Source: Coriobacteriia bacterium (lineage in GTDB: Bacteria > Actinomycetota > Coriobacteriia > Anaerosomatales > Kmv31). From it: DNA of 64,000 nucleotides. The notes below the pieces were generated by a model. The model did no database searches. It was given only the letters and a program-made list of their open reading frames with translations, and had not been told where the DNA came from. Below are positions 26,183 to 35,199 of the stretch, in pieces (the stretch's first letter is position 1; every line of letters begins with the position of its first letter). Location: NCBI GenBank assembly GCA_014859305.1, contig JACUUM010000001.1, forward strand, positions 25,409-89,408. The letters are read 5' to 3'. Both the position numbers and the translations under genes were made by a program.

Positions 26183-27223
26183 GTGTCGCTCATCGATATG
26201 TTCTTCAACTCGTGGGGCGGCGACATGGCGGTCGACCTCGGCACCGCCAACACGCTGGTCTCGGTCCGAGGACGGGGCATCGTGCTGATCGAGCCGTCGG
26301 TCGTGGCCGTCGAGAAGGACACCAAGCGCGTGCTGGCCGTGGGCATCGAGGCCAAGCGCATGCTCGGCCGCACGCCCGGCAGCATCGTGGCCATCCGCCC
26401 GCTGAAGGACGGGGTCATCGCCGACTTCGAGGTCACCGAGGCGATGCTGCGCTACTTCATAAACAAGACTCGTTTGAAACGCTTCCCCTGGCAGCCCAAA
26501 CCGCGCGTGGTGGTCTGCGTGCCGTCCGGCGTGACGGAGGTCGAGAAGCGCGCGGTCTTCGAGGCGACCATGCAGGCCGGGGCGCGTCACGCGTACTTGA
26601 TCGAGGAGCCGATGGCCGCCGCCATCGGGGCGGGTCTGCCGATCCAGGAGCCCACCGGCAACATGGTCGTGGACATCGGGGGCGGCACCACCGAGGTCGC
26701 CGTGATCTCGCTGGGCGGCGTGGTGGTGGCGCAGTCGATACGCATCGGCGGCGACGAGTTCGACGAGGCGATCATCAACCACATCAAGCGCGAGTACAAC
26801 GTGCTCATCGGGGAGCGCACCGCCGAGGAGATCAAGTTCGAGATCGGCTCGGCCCACCCGCTGACCGAGGAGCTGGACGTCGAGGTGCGCGGCCGCGACC
26901 TGCTCACCGGGCTGCCCAGGACGCTGCAGATCTCCTCGGAGGAGATCCGCGGGGCCGTCGAGGAGCCGACGCTGGCGATCATCGCGGCGATCAAGGGCAG
27001 CCTGGAGCAGACCCCGCCCGAGCTCTCCAGCGACATCATGGAGTACGGCATCGTGTTGACCGGCGGCGGCGCGCTGCTCAAGGGCATCGACGACCGTCTG
27101 AAGGCGGAGACGAGCATGCCCGTGCACGTCTCCGAGAACGCGCTCATCAACGTCGTGCTCGGAAGCGCCATGGCGCTCGAGGAGATCGATGCGCTCAAGA
27201 AGGTACTGACCGTCTCGCGCTAG
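26183..27223 (+). CDS. mreB: Rod-shape-determining actin homologue MreB
   Basis: Motifs DLGTANTLV and the actin/Hsp70 phosphate loops ([21 protein letters not shown]) are present. The start is GTG at 26183 (7 nt after AGGAG) or ATG at 26198. The track ORF start at 26060 is unlikely. Confidence 0.9.
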   Translation: MSLIDMFFNSWGGDMAVDLGTANTLVSVRGRGIVLIEPSVVAVEKDTKRVLAVGIEAKRMLGRTPGSIVAIRPLKDGVIADFEVTEAMLRYFINKTRLKRFPWQPKPRVVVCVPSGVTEVEKRAVFEATMQAGARHAYLIEEPMAAAIGAGLPIQEPTGNMVVDIGGGTTEVAVISLGGVVVAQSIRIGGDEFDEAIINHIKREYNVLIGERTAEEIKFEIGSAHPLTEELDVEVRGRDLLTGLPRTLQISSEEIRGAVEEPTLAIIAAIKGSLEQTPPELSSDIMEYGIVLTGGGALLKGIDDRLKAETSMPVHVSENALINVVLGSAMALEEIDALKKVLTVSR

Positions 27224-27250
27224 CCGGCTCGCGGCCGGCCGAAGGCATCC

Positions 27251-28108
27251 ATGAGGTCCCTAGGCAACGACCCACATCGATCCGGTCCGCTGCTGCTCGC
27301 CGCGCTCATCACGGCGTCCCTGGTCCTGATGACCCTCTACTTCAGGGAAGGCGACGCCGGCCCGTTGCACCGGACCCGCTCGGGACTGCTGGCCGCCGTG
27401 ACGCCCGCGGTGCGGGCGGGACGATGGGTCACGGCGCCCATCCGCTGGACGGGTGACCGTGTGGCCGCACTGGGCCTGTCGCGCACCCAGATCGAGACGC
27501 TGCGCGAGCAGAACGCGGAGCTGCGCCGTGCGAACGCCGACCTGCAGGAGGCCGCTCTGGAGAACGCGCGGCTCCGGGCGCTGGTCGGCTTCGCCGAGCA
27601 GGAGCGTTACGACGCCCTTGCGGCCCACATCATCGGCAAGCCGGCAGCACCGTGGGAGGGCGCCATGACGATCGACCGGGGCACCGACCACGGGGTCGTG
27701 CCGGGGATGCCGGTGGTGGGCAGCGAGGGCCTCCTCGGGCAGGTCGTGACGGTCTCGGCGCGCAGCGCCAGGATACGGCTCATCACCGACCAGCGTAGCG
27801 GGGTGGCGGCCATGGTCCAGCGGACGCGCGCCGAGGGCGTCGTCCGCGGCTCGATCGAGGGGCTGATGACGCTGGACTTCACCGACCGCAAGAACCTGCC
27901 CAAGGTCGGCGACGTGGTCCTCACCTCCGGCATGGGCGGCGTCTACCCCAGAGGCCTGCCGGTAGGCGAGGTGGTGGAGGTCGAGGCGCGCTCGGCCGAC
28001 CTCTTCCCGAGGATCGTGGTCGCCCCCGCCGTGCCGGTCGGCCGGATCGAGGAGGTCCTCGTGCTGCGCGGCGGGGCGCCGGAGGTGGAGGGGGTGGATC
28101 CGGAGTGA
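27251..28108 (+). CDS. mreC: Rod-shape-determining protein MreC
   Basis: It has an N-terminal TM helix, a coiled coil (LREQNAELRRANADLQE) and beta-barrel repeats (GMPVVG.EGLLGQV, VLTSGMGGVYPRGLPVG). Confidence 0.85.
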   Translation: MRSLGNDPHRSGPLLLAALITASLVLMTLYFREGDAGPLHRTRSGLLAAVTPAVRAGRWVTAPIRWTGDRVAALGLSRTQIETLREQNAELRRANADLQEAALENARLRALVGFAEQERYDALAAHIIGKPAAPWEGAMTIDRGTDHGVVPGMPVVGSEGLLGQVVTVSARSARIRLITDQRSGVAAMVQRTRAEGVVRGSIEGLMTLDFTDRKNLPKVGDVVLTSGMGGVYPRGLPVGEVVEVEARSADLFPRIVVAPAVPVGRIEEVLVLRGGAPEVEGVDPE

Positions 28109-28617
28109 GGGGCTTGCTTCCGACGGTCGGCGCGATCGCGGCGGCGACGCTGCTCCAGGTGGCCATCGCCCCGGAGTTCGCGATCGGCGGCGTCGTGCCT
28201 AACTTCCTGCTGCTCGTGGTCGTCGTGATCGCGCTGGTGGAGGGGCCGCGGCACGGCGCCTCGGCGGGCTTCGCGGCCGGGCTCCTGCTCGACCTGCTCG
28301 GCACGTCGCCGGTGGGGCCCTGGGCGCTCGTGCTGACGCTGGTCGGCTACGGCGCGGGAGCGCTGCAGGCGAACATGTTCGCGGCGGGGTGGCTCATGCC
28401 GGTGACCGTCGCGCTCGTCGCCGCGTTGGGCGCCGAGCTCGGGTACTGGCTCGTGCTCTCGGTGCTCGGGGTGGGCGGTCCGTTCGTCTCGACGCTGGCG
28501 GGCGTCGTACTGCCCGGCGCCGTGTACGACACGGTGCTGGCGCTGCTCGTCTTCCCGTGGCTTGCCCGGTTGCTGCGACAGGGCCCGTCGATCACCACCT
28601 TCAAACGCCTAGCTTAG
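28105..28617 (+). CDS. mreD: Rod-shape-determining protein MreD
   Basis: 170-aa polytopic membrane protein. It overlaps the mreC stop and sits in the canonical position before PBP2. Confidence 0.75.
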   Translation: MRGLLPTVGAIAAATLLQVAIAPEFAIGGVVPNFLLLVVVVIALVEGPRHGASAGFAAGLLLDLLGTSPVGPWALVLTLVGYGAGALQANMFAAGWLMPVTVALVAALGAELGYWLVLSVLGVGGPFVSTLAGVVLPGAVYDTVLALLVFPWLARLLRQGPSITTFKRLA

Positions 28618-28624
28618 GAGACCT

Positions 28625-30487
28625 GTGGCGACCGTGGACTACCGCCAACGGCTCAAGCCCCGCTTCGCGGCCCTCGGCATCATCGTCGTCGGCATCCTCG
28701 GCGTGCTGCTCGTGCGGCTGTGGACGATGCAGGTTCTCTTCGGCGAGACGTTCGCGGCGCAGGCCGAGGACAACCGGATCCACGAGATACCGCTCGACGC
28801 GGCCCGCGGCCGTATCCTGGACCGCAAGGGGCGCCCGCTGGTCACCAACCGCGCTGCCCTCGCGGTGACCGTGGAACCCGGAGCCAAGGACGACCGGCCG
28901 CTCGTGGACGACCTCTCGGCGCTGCTCGGGATACCGGCCGACGAGATCGAGGAGCGGCTCTCGAGCGTGCGCGAGGCTGCGCTGAAGCCGCGGGTCGTCG
29001 CGGTGGACGTGCCGATGCGCGTGGTCGCCTACCTCGAGGAGAACTCGGAGCGCTTCCCGGGAGTGGAAGCCGCGGTGGTCGCGGTGCGCGACTACCCCGG
29101 CGGCAGCACGGCGGCGCACGTGCTCGGCTACACCGGTGAGATCAGCGAGCGTGAGCTCGTGCAGGCGGACCTCACCGGCTACCGCCTCGGTGACACAGTG
29201 GGCAAGAGCGGCGCGGAGCGGCAGTTCGAGACGGTGCTGCAGGGCGACCGCGGCTACAGGCGCATCGAGGTGGACGCGCGCGGCCGTCCCAAGGGGGTGA
29301 TCGAGGAGATCGAGCCGGTGCCGGGGCGCGACGTCCGACTGACGATCGACCTTGACGTGCAGGAGGTCGCGGAGAAGGCGCTCGCCGACGCGCTCGAGGA
29401 GGCCCGTGCGCAGCGCTTCCCCAAGGCCAAGGCCGGCGCGGTCGTGGCGATGGACGTGCGCAGCGGCGAGGTGCTCGCGATGGCCAGTGCGCCCACGTAC
29501 GACCCCGGCCTCTTCCTCGGCGGCATCAGCAGCAGGGAGTGGAAGCGGCTCAACGACGAGGGCAGCGAGTACCCCCTGAACAACCGCGCCATCATGGCGG
29601 CGTACCCGCCCGCCTCCACGTTCAAGCTCGTCACGGGGGCCGCGGCGCTGGACGCCGGCATCGCGAGCGAGTGGACCACGTACCGGTGCTCCGGGAAGTG
29701 GAGCGGCATGGGAGAGCAGTGGTCGAAGTACTGCTGGAACCGCTCGGGGCACGGGTCGGTGAGCTTCCGCCGAGGCATCCAGGACTCGTGCGACACGGTG
29801 TTCTACGAGATCGGCTACGCCTTCTACAAGCGCGGCGAGGAGGAGATCCAGGAGGTCGCCCGCCGGTTCGGGTACGGCGCGCCCACCGGCGTCGACCTCC
29901 CCGGGGAGGTGGGCGGACGGGTGCCCGACGCCGCCTGGAAGAAGAAGTTCAACGAGAACTATCCGGAAGCGGCGGTGTGGGTGCCGGGCGACACCGTGAA
30001 CATGGCGATCGGCCAGGGCGACATGCTGGCCACGCCGCTGCAACTCGCCGTGTCGTACGCGGCCATCGCCAACGGCGGCGAGGTCCTGCGGCCCCGCGTG
30101 CTCGACGCCGTGCTCGACGTGGACGGCAAGGCAGCCCTCCAGGGGGAACGTCGCGTCGAGCGGGACCTGAAGCTGTCGCGCGGGCGGATCGGGGTGCTCC
30201 GGCGCGGGCTGCGCGACGTCACGACGGGAGGCACGGCCGCGGCCGTCTTCCGCGGTTTCGGCACGACGGTGGAGGGCAAGACCGGCACCGCGGAGGTCAA
30301 CAAGAAGGACGACTACGCTCTCTTCGTGGGCTACGCGCCTGCCGAGAACCCGCGGTACGTGGTGGCTGCGGTGGTGGAGCAGGGCGGACACGGTGGCTCC
30401 GTGGCCGGGCCCGCGGCGCGCTCGGTCCTCGGCAAGCTGCTCGGGTTGTCGACGGAGCGGGTCCACGCGACGGACGTCTCGAGGTAG
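28625..30487 (+). CDS. mrdA: Penicillin-binding protein 2 (elongasome transpeptidase)
   Basis: 620 aa with an N-terminal TM helix and a PBP dimerisation domain. Transpeptidase motifs STFK (PASTFKL) and KTGTAE are present. Confidence 0.9.
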   Translation: MATVDYRQRLKPRFAALGIIVVGILGVLLVRLWTMQVLFGETFAAQAEDNRIHEIPLDAARGRILDRKGRPLVTNRAALAVTVEPGAKDDRPLVDDLSALLGIPADEIEERLSSVREAALKPRVVAVDVPMRVVAYLEENSERFPGVEAAVVAVRDYPGGSTAAHVLGYTGEISERELVQADLTGYRLGDTVGKSGAERQFETVLQGDRGYRRIEVDARGRPKGVIEEIEPVPGRDVRLTIDLDVQEVAEKALADALEEARAQRFPKAKAGAVVAMDVRSGEVLAMASAPTYDPGLFLGGISSREWKRLNDEGSEYPLNNRAIMAAYPPASTFKLVTGAAALDAGIASEWTTYRCSGKWSGMGEQWSKYCWNRSGHGSVSFRRGIQDSCDTVFYEIGYAFYKRGEEEIQEVARRFGYGAPTGVDLPGEVGGRVPDAAWKKKFNENYPEAAVWVPGDTVNMAIGQGDMLATPLQLAVSYAAIANGGEVLRPRVLDAVLDVDGKAALQGERRVERDLKLSRGRIGVLRRGLRDVTTGGTAAAVFRGFGTTVEGKTGTAEVNKKDDYALFVGYAPAENPRYVVAAVVEQGGHGGSVAGPAARSVLGKLLGLSTERVHATDVSR

Positions 30488-30493
30488 GCGGAC

Positions 30494-31609
30494 GTGCGCA
30501 GAGAGGGCATAGGGCGGATCCGGGCACGGGCGAACCTGCCGCTGCTGCTGGTCGTGACGGGCCTCACCGTCTACGGCACGGTCGTCGTGAGGTCGGCCAC
30601 CAGCGGGATGCCCGGCGCGGACGGCATGATCGGGCGGCACGTGCTCGGCCTGGCCATCGGGCTGGTGCCGCTGCTCGTGGCTTGGGCCCTGGACTACCAG
30701 AAGCTCAAGGGCTGGATCGGGCCGCTGGCCGTGCTGAACGCGCTGCTCATCATCTCGCCGAGGATCCCGGGGCTGGGGGACACGGCCAAGGGCGCGACCT
30801 CGTGGCTCCAGGTCGCCGGCTTCAGGCTCTTCCAGCCCTCGGAACCCGCCAAGCTCATCACCATCGTGATCATGGCGGCGGTGATATCCGGCTTCAAGGG
30901 GCGCATCGAGCAGCCCAGGGACGTGCTCCGCGTGCTCGCGCACCTCGCCGTCCCCCTGACGCTCATCCTGATGCAGCCCGACCTCGGCACGGGGCTCGTC
31001 TTCGTGGCCATCACGTTGGGGATGCTGCTCGTCGGCGGGCTGAGACCCAGGTGGTTCCTCGTGTTCGCGCTGGTAGGCGTCCTCGTCACCGGCGTGGTGC
31101 TGAAGGCGGGGCTGCTCGAGGACTACCAGGAGGACCGGCTGCTCGTGTTCGTGGATCCGGCGCGCGACCCGCTGGGAGCGGGCTACAACCTGGCCCAGTC
31201 CAAGATCGCCATCGGCTCGGGCGGCATCAGCGGCAAGGGCCTCTACTCGGGGACCCAGGGCAACCTGAACTTCCTGCCGGAGCGACACACGGACTTCGTG
31301 TTCGCGGTCCTCGGCGAGGAGCTGGGCTTCCTGGGCGTCGTGGGGCTGCTCGCACTCTATCTCGGGCTGCTGGTGGTCTCCCTGGAGGTGGCGACGTCGT
31401 CGCGCGACCTGTTCGGCGCACTGATCGCCGCGGGGCTCATCAGCATGTGGGCCTTCCAGATACTGGAGAACGTCGGCATGACGGTCGGCATCATGCCGAT
31501 CACGGGCATACCCCTGCCCTTCATCAGCTTCGGCAGCTCGTTCATGGTAACCAACCTGGCAGGAACGGGTATGCTGTTGTCCGTCTGGGCTCGCCGCTAC
31601 GGCGCCTAG
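30494..31609 (+). CDS. rodA: SEDS-family peptidoglycan glycosyltransferase RodA
   Basis: 371 aa, FtsW/RodA/SpoVE family (QPSEPAKL, HTDFVFAVLGEELGF, PITGIPLPFISFGSS). Confidence 0.9.
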   Translation: MRREGIGRIRARANLPLLLVVTGLTVYGTVVVRSATSGMPGADGMIGRHVLGLAIGLVPLLVAWALDYQKLKGWIGPLAVLNALLIISPRIPGLGDTAKGATSWLQVAGFRLFQPSEPAKLITIVIMAAVISGFKGRIEQPRDVLRVLAHLAVPLTLILMQPDLGTGLVFVAITLGMLLVGGLRPRWFLVFALVGVLVTGVVLKAGLLEDYQEDRLLVFVDPARDPLGAGYNLAQSKIAIGSGGISGKGLYSGTQGNLNFLPERHTDFVFAVLGEELGFLGVVGLLALYLGLLVVSLEVATSSRDLFGALIAAGLISMWAFQILENVGMTVGIMPITGIPLPFISFGSSFMVTNLAGTGMLLSVWARRYGA

Positions 31610-31662
31610 GGCCGACCGCGTCCGCGTCACCGCGTTCGCGACGACGCAGCCAAGGGGGTCTC

Positions 31663-32670
31663 ATGCCGTCCCTTCTCGACATCCGCGATCTGCTGAGGTC
31701 CGGCTCGCAGCTGACTGAGGAGCGGGAGCGGCTCCTGCGTCTGGTGCTCTTCGTCGAGCCCGACGCCTCGCTGGCCGTCCTCGAGGTGCTCGAGGAGCGG
31801 CTCCGGCACGCCACACGCACCGTACAGATGCGCCTCGACCTGCTCGAGCCGGGGTTCGTTCCGGTGGTGGATCCGAGCGCGGACGCCGTGGCGGTGCTCG
31901 TGGGCAGCGGGGGCGCCGCCGCGCAGGACGCACTGCGGGCGCCGCTTCGCGAGGGCGTGCCGGTGGCGCTTCTGGCCACGAGCGGGATAGGCGACACCGT
32001 GGCCCGGCGCACGGGCGTGCCGTCTTCAGACACGCTCATCGAGCCCGACGCGGTCCGCCTGGTGGATGGGCGCCTGGGCGAATGGCTGGTCGACCGCGTT
32101 CCCCGCAAGCGGCTCGCTCTGGCGCACAACTTCCCCTTCCTTCGGCGCCGTGTGGCCGAGGAGGCGGTGAAGGCCACGTCGTGGCAGAACGCGCTGATCG
32201 GGGGGGTGGCCATCATCCCGGGCGCGGACATGCCGCTGATGACGGCGAACCAGGCGAAGATGCTGCTGCAGATCGCGGCGGCCTTCGGGCAGCGCCTCGG
32301 CCCGGACCGCATCAAGGAGCTCGCCGCCGTGGTCGGAGGAGGGTTCGTCTTCCGGGCCGTCGCGCGGCAGGGGCTGGCCTTGCTGCCCGGTTTCGGGTGG
32401 GCCCTCAAGGGCGGAGTCGGCTACGCGGGCACCACCGCCATGGGGCGGGCCGCGATCGAGTACTTCGAGCAGGGCGCGGACATCGGACAGGTGGCGCTGC
32501 GCCTCAAGGAGCTCGGAGACGGCGTCGCACGACGCGCCCGCGATGCCCGAGGCAGCCTGGCACGGGGGGCGGAGCACCTTCGGCCGGCGCGCGAAGGCCG
32601 GCCCGGCGCACCCGCCGCCCGGGCGGGCGGTCCTGGGCAAGACGAGGCCTCGGGCAGCCGCATTGGGTGA
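31663..32670 (+). CDS. Uncharacterised protein with a DUF697-like C-terminal half
   Basis: The ATG at 31663 follows AAGGGGG. It is read from the tail of spurious track ORF 29539..32670. The C-terminal segment IIPGADMPLMTANQAKMLLQIAAAFG...GFGWALKGGVGYAGTTAMGRAAIEYF resembles DUF697 (YcjF-like). The N-terminal half has no P-loop. Confidence 0.55.
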   Translation: MPSLLDIRDLLRSGSQLTEERERLLRLVLFVEPDASLAVLEVLEERLRHATRTVQMRLDLLEPGFVPVVDPSADAVAVLVGSGGAAAQDALRAPLREGVPVALLATSGIGDTVARRTGVPSSDTLIEPDAVRLVDGRLGEWLVDRVPRKRLALAHNFPFLRRRVAEEAVKATSWQNALIGGVAIIPGADMPLMTANQAKMLLQIAAAFGQRLGPDRIKELAAVVGGGFVFRAVARQGLALLPGFGWALKGGVGYAGTTAMGRAAIEYFEQGADIGQVALRLKELGDGVARRARDARGSLARGAEHLRPAREGRPGAPAARAGGPGQDEASGSRIG

Positions 32671-34510
32671 GCTCGCACAGCGCACGGCGGCGTTGTTCGG
32701 GCGCGTCGAGCGGCCGGCGCGCTACCTCGACTCGGAGTGGGGCGCGAGGCGGCGCGAGGACGTCTCCTACCGCGTCTGCCTGGTCTATCCGGACACCTAC
32801 GAGCTCGGGATGGCCAATCAGGCGCTGGCGATCCTGTACGACCTGCTGAACTCGATCGGCGGAGTGGCCGCGGAGCGCTGCTTCGTGCCCGCCCGGGACA
32901 TGGCCGCCCTCCTGCGGGCCGAGGGCGTCCCGCTGGCGACCCTGGAATCGGTGACGCCGCTGCGCGAGTGTCGCATGATCGGCATCACGCTGCCCTATGA
33001 GCTGACCTACACCAACGTCCTGGAGACGCTCGACCTCGCCCAGGTGCCGCTGCACTCCTCCGAGCGTGAGGAGGACGACCCGCTCGTCCTCGGCGGCGGA
33101 CCGTCCGCCTACAACCCGGAGCCGCTGGCCCCGTTCCTGGACGCGGTGCTCCTCGGCGAGGGCGAGGAGGCCGCCGGCGAGATCGTGGCCGCCCACAGGG
33201 CCTCGCTCGAGGCCGGGGAGGACCGCGCCACGCTCCTGCGCCGTCTCGCCGACGTTCCCGGCGTGTACGTGCCCTCGCTGTACGAGCCGGACTCCGCCGG
33301 CCGGCCGCGGCCGCTGGCCGGAGCGCCCGCCCGCGTGCTCAAGCGCGTGGTGACGGACTTGGAGGCGCACCGCTCACCCACGTGCCCGGTCGTGCCCTAC
33401 ATGGACGTCGTGCACGACCGCGCGACGGTGGAGGTGACGCGCGGCTGCACTCGGGGCTGCCGCTTCTGCCAGGCGGGCATGGTCTATCGCCCGGTGCGCG
33501 AGCGGGGTGCGGACGCCGTCGTGCGCGACGCCCTGGCCACGCTGGAGTGCACCGGCTACGACGAGGTCTCGCTCACGTCGCTGTCCACCGCCGACCACTC
33601 GCAGCTGGAGGACGTTCTGAGGCGGCTCGCGCGGCGGCTCGAAGGGACGGGCATCTCGGTGTCGCTGCCGAGCCTGCGGGTCGACGCGTTCTCCGTCGAC
33701 ATGGCCCGGCTCGTCTCGGCAGGCCGGCGCAGCGGTCTGACGTTCGCGCCCGAGGCAGGCACGCAGCGCCTGCGCGACGTCGTCAACAAGAACGTGACCG
33801 ACGACGACCTCCTGGGAACGGTCCGCCGCGCGTTCTCGTCGGGCTGGCGCCGGGTGAAGCTCTACTTCATGCTCGGCCTCCCCACGGAGACCGACGACGA
33901 CATCCGCGGCATCGGCGAGCTCGTCGCCCGCGTGATGGCCGACGCCAGGGCAGCCGTCCCCCCGAACGAGCGCGGCGCCGTGCGCGTCGGGGTCTCGGTG
34001 TCGACCTTCGTGCCCAAGGCGCACACCCCCTTCCAGTGGGAGCCTCAGCTGACGCTGGAGGAGGTGCGCCGGCGCCAGGCGGTCCTGCGCGAGACGATGC
34101 CGAGGAAGGGCGTCGACCTTTCCTGGCACGACCCCGAGGCCTCCTTCCTCGAGGGCGTCCTCGCCCGTGGAGACAGGCGCCTAGCCGAAGCCGTCGAGGC
34201 GGCATGGCGCGCCGGCGCCGTCTTCGACGCCTGGACGGAGGAGTTCGACCTCGGCAGGTGGCTGGTGGCCTTCGAGAGCGCGGGCGTCGACCCGGGGGCG
34301 ATCGCCTCGGGGAAGCGGGAGCCGGGCGCTCCGCTGCCGTGGGAGCACCTGTCCTCGGGCGTGTCCACCGCGTACCTGAGGCTCGAGCGCAAGCGGGCGC
34401 TCGCGGCCGAGGTGACGCCGGACTGCAGCTTCGGCGAGTGCACGGGCTGCGCGGTGTGCGAGGAGCTGGGCGTGGACGTGGTCCTGGGGGGCGAGCGCCG
34501 TGGCACCTGA
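32663..34510 (+). CDS. Radical SAM protein, TIGR03960-like family (function unknown)
   Basis: It has the CxxxCxxC cluster in VEVTRGCTRGCRFCQAG, and an N-terminal region YRVCLVYPDTYELGMANQALAILY typical of this family. The start is uncertain. The TTG at 32663 overlaps the upstream stop; the track start at 32543 would overlap that gene by 128 nt. Confidence 0.85.
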   Translation: MGELAQRTAALFGRVERPARYLDSEWGARRREDVSYRVCLVYPDTYELGMANQALAILYDLLNSIGGVAAERCFVPARDMAALLRAEGVPLATLESVTPLRECRMIGITLPYELTYTNVLETLDLAQVPLHSSEREEDDPLVLGGGPSAYNPEPLAPFLDAVLLGEGEEAAGEIVAAHRASLEAGEDRATLLRRLADVPGVYVPSLYEPDSAGRPRPLAGAPARVLKRVVTDLEAHRSPTCPVVPYMDVVHDRATVEVTRGCTRGCRFCQAGMVYRPVRERGADAVVRDALATLECTGYDEVSLTSLSTADHSQLEDVLRRLARRLEGTGISVSLPSLRVDAFSVDMARLVSAGRRSGLTFAPEAGTQRLRDVVNKNVTDDDLLGTVRRAFSSGWRRVKLYFMLGLPTETDDDIRGIGELVARVMADARAAVPPNERGAVRVGVSVSTFVPKAHTPFQWEPQLTLEEVRRRQAVLRETMPRKGVDLSWHDPEASFLEGVLARGDRRLAEAVEAAWRAGAVFDAWTEEFDLGRWLVAFESAGVDPGAIASGKREPGAPLPWEHLSSGVSTAYLRLERKRALAAEVTPDCSFGECTGCAVCEELGVDVVLGGERRGT

Positions 34511-35183
34511 CGAGTTCCGGCTTCGAGCCCGCTATCGCAAAGGGGGACGCCTGCGCTTCCTCTCCCATCTGGAGGTCGCCAGGGCACTCGAGCGGGCTGC
34601 GCGCCGAGGCGGTATGCCGTATGCTGTGACGAAAGGGTACACGCCCCGGATGAAGGTGGCCTTCGGGCCGGCGTTGCCGGTGGGGACGGCCGGCGAGCGC
34701 GAGTACCTCGACCTGTGGCTGCGGGAGTACGTTCCCGCGCCCGCGGCGCTGCGGCGGCTCGCCGGCGCCACGCCGGAGGACCTCGCGCCCACGGAGGCCC
34801 GCTACACGCGGGCCGCCGAGCCGTCGCTGGCTTCGGCTCTCACCATCGCCCGGTACGAAGCCGTCGTGGACGGGGTGGTGGCCGAGGAGTTGGAAGCGGC
34901 GCTCGGGGAGCTTACGGCTTCGGGCGAGCTGGCCGTGGAGCACAAGGGCAAGACCAAGGTTTTCGACCTCGCACGCAGCCTCCCGGAGGAGGTGCGCGTG
35001 AAGGCCGACGGAGGACGGAGCGTCGTGACGCTGACGACGCGGATGGGTCCTGAGGGCTCGCTCCGTCCCGAGGTGCTCCTTTCGGCGGCGTTCGATGTCG
35101 CAGGCATCCGCGACGCGCCGGTGAGCGTGACGCGCACGGACGTCCTCATGGAAGAGGAGGGCGGCTGGGCACGTCCGCTCTGA
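34500..35183 (+). CDS. Radical-SAM-associated protein, TIGR03936 / DUF2344-like
   Basis: 227 aa. The sequence RLRARYRKGGRLRFLSHLEVARALERAARR...PYAVTKGYTPRMKVAFGPALPVG is the family signature. It overlaps the radical SAM gene by 11 nt. Confidence 0.8.
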   Translation: MAPDEFRLRARYRKGGRLRFLSHLEVARALERAARRGGMPYAVTKGYTPRMKVAFGPALPVGTAGEREYLDLWLREYVPAPAALRRLAGATPEDLAPTEARYTRAAEPSLASALTIARYEAVVDGVVAEELEAALGELTASGELAVEHKGKTKVFDLARSLPEEVRVKADGGRSVVTLTTRMGPEGSLRPEVLLSAAFDVAGIRDAPVSVTRTDVLMEEEGGWARPL

Positions 35184-35199
35184 GGCGGAAGCGGGAGCG

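Noticed and set aside
28601-31630. 1009-aa minus-strand ORF across mrdA and rodA, and the 1043-aa plus-strand ORF 29539..32670
   Set aside because: Both are off-frame or antisense to PBP2 and RodA, which have clear catalytic motifs. Their composition is Arg/Gly/Pro-rich junk. Only the last 335 codons of 29539..32670 (from the ATG at 31663) look like a real gene.
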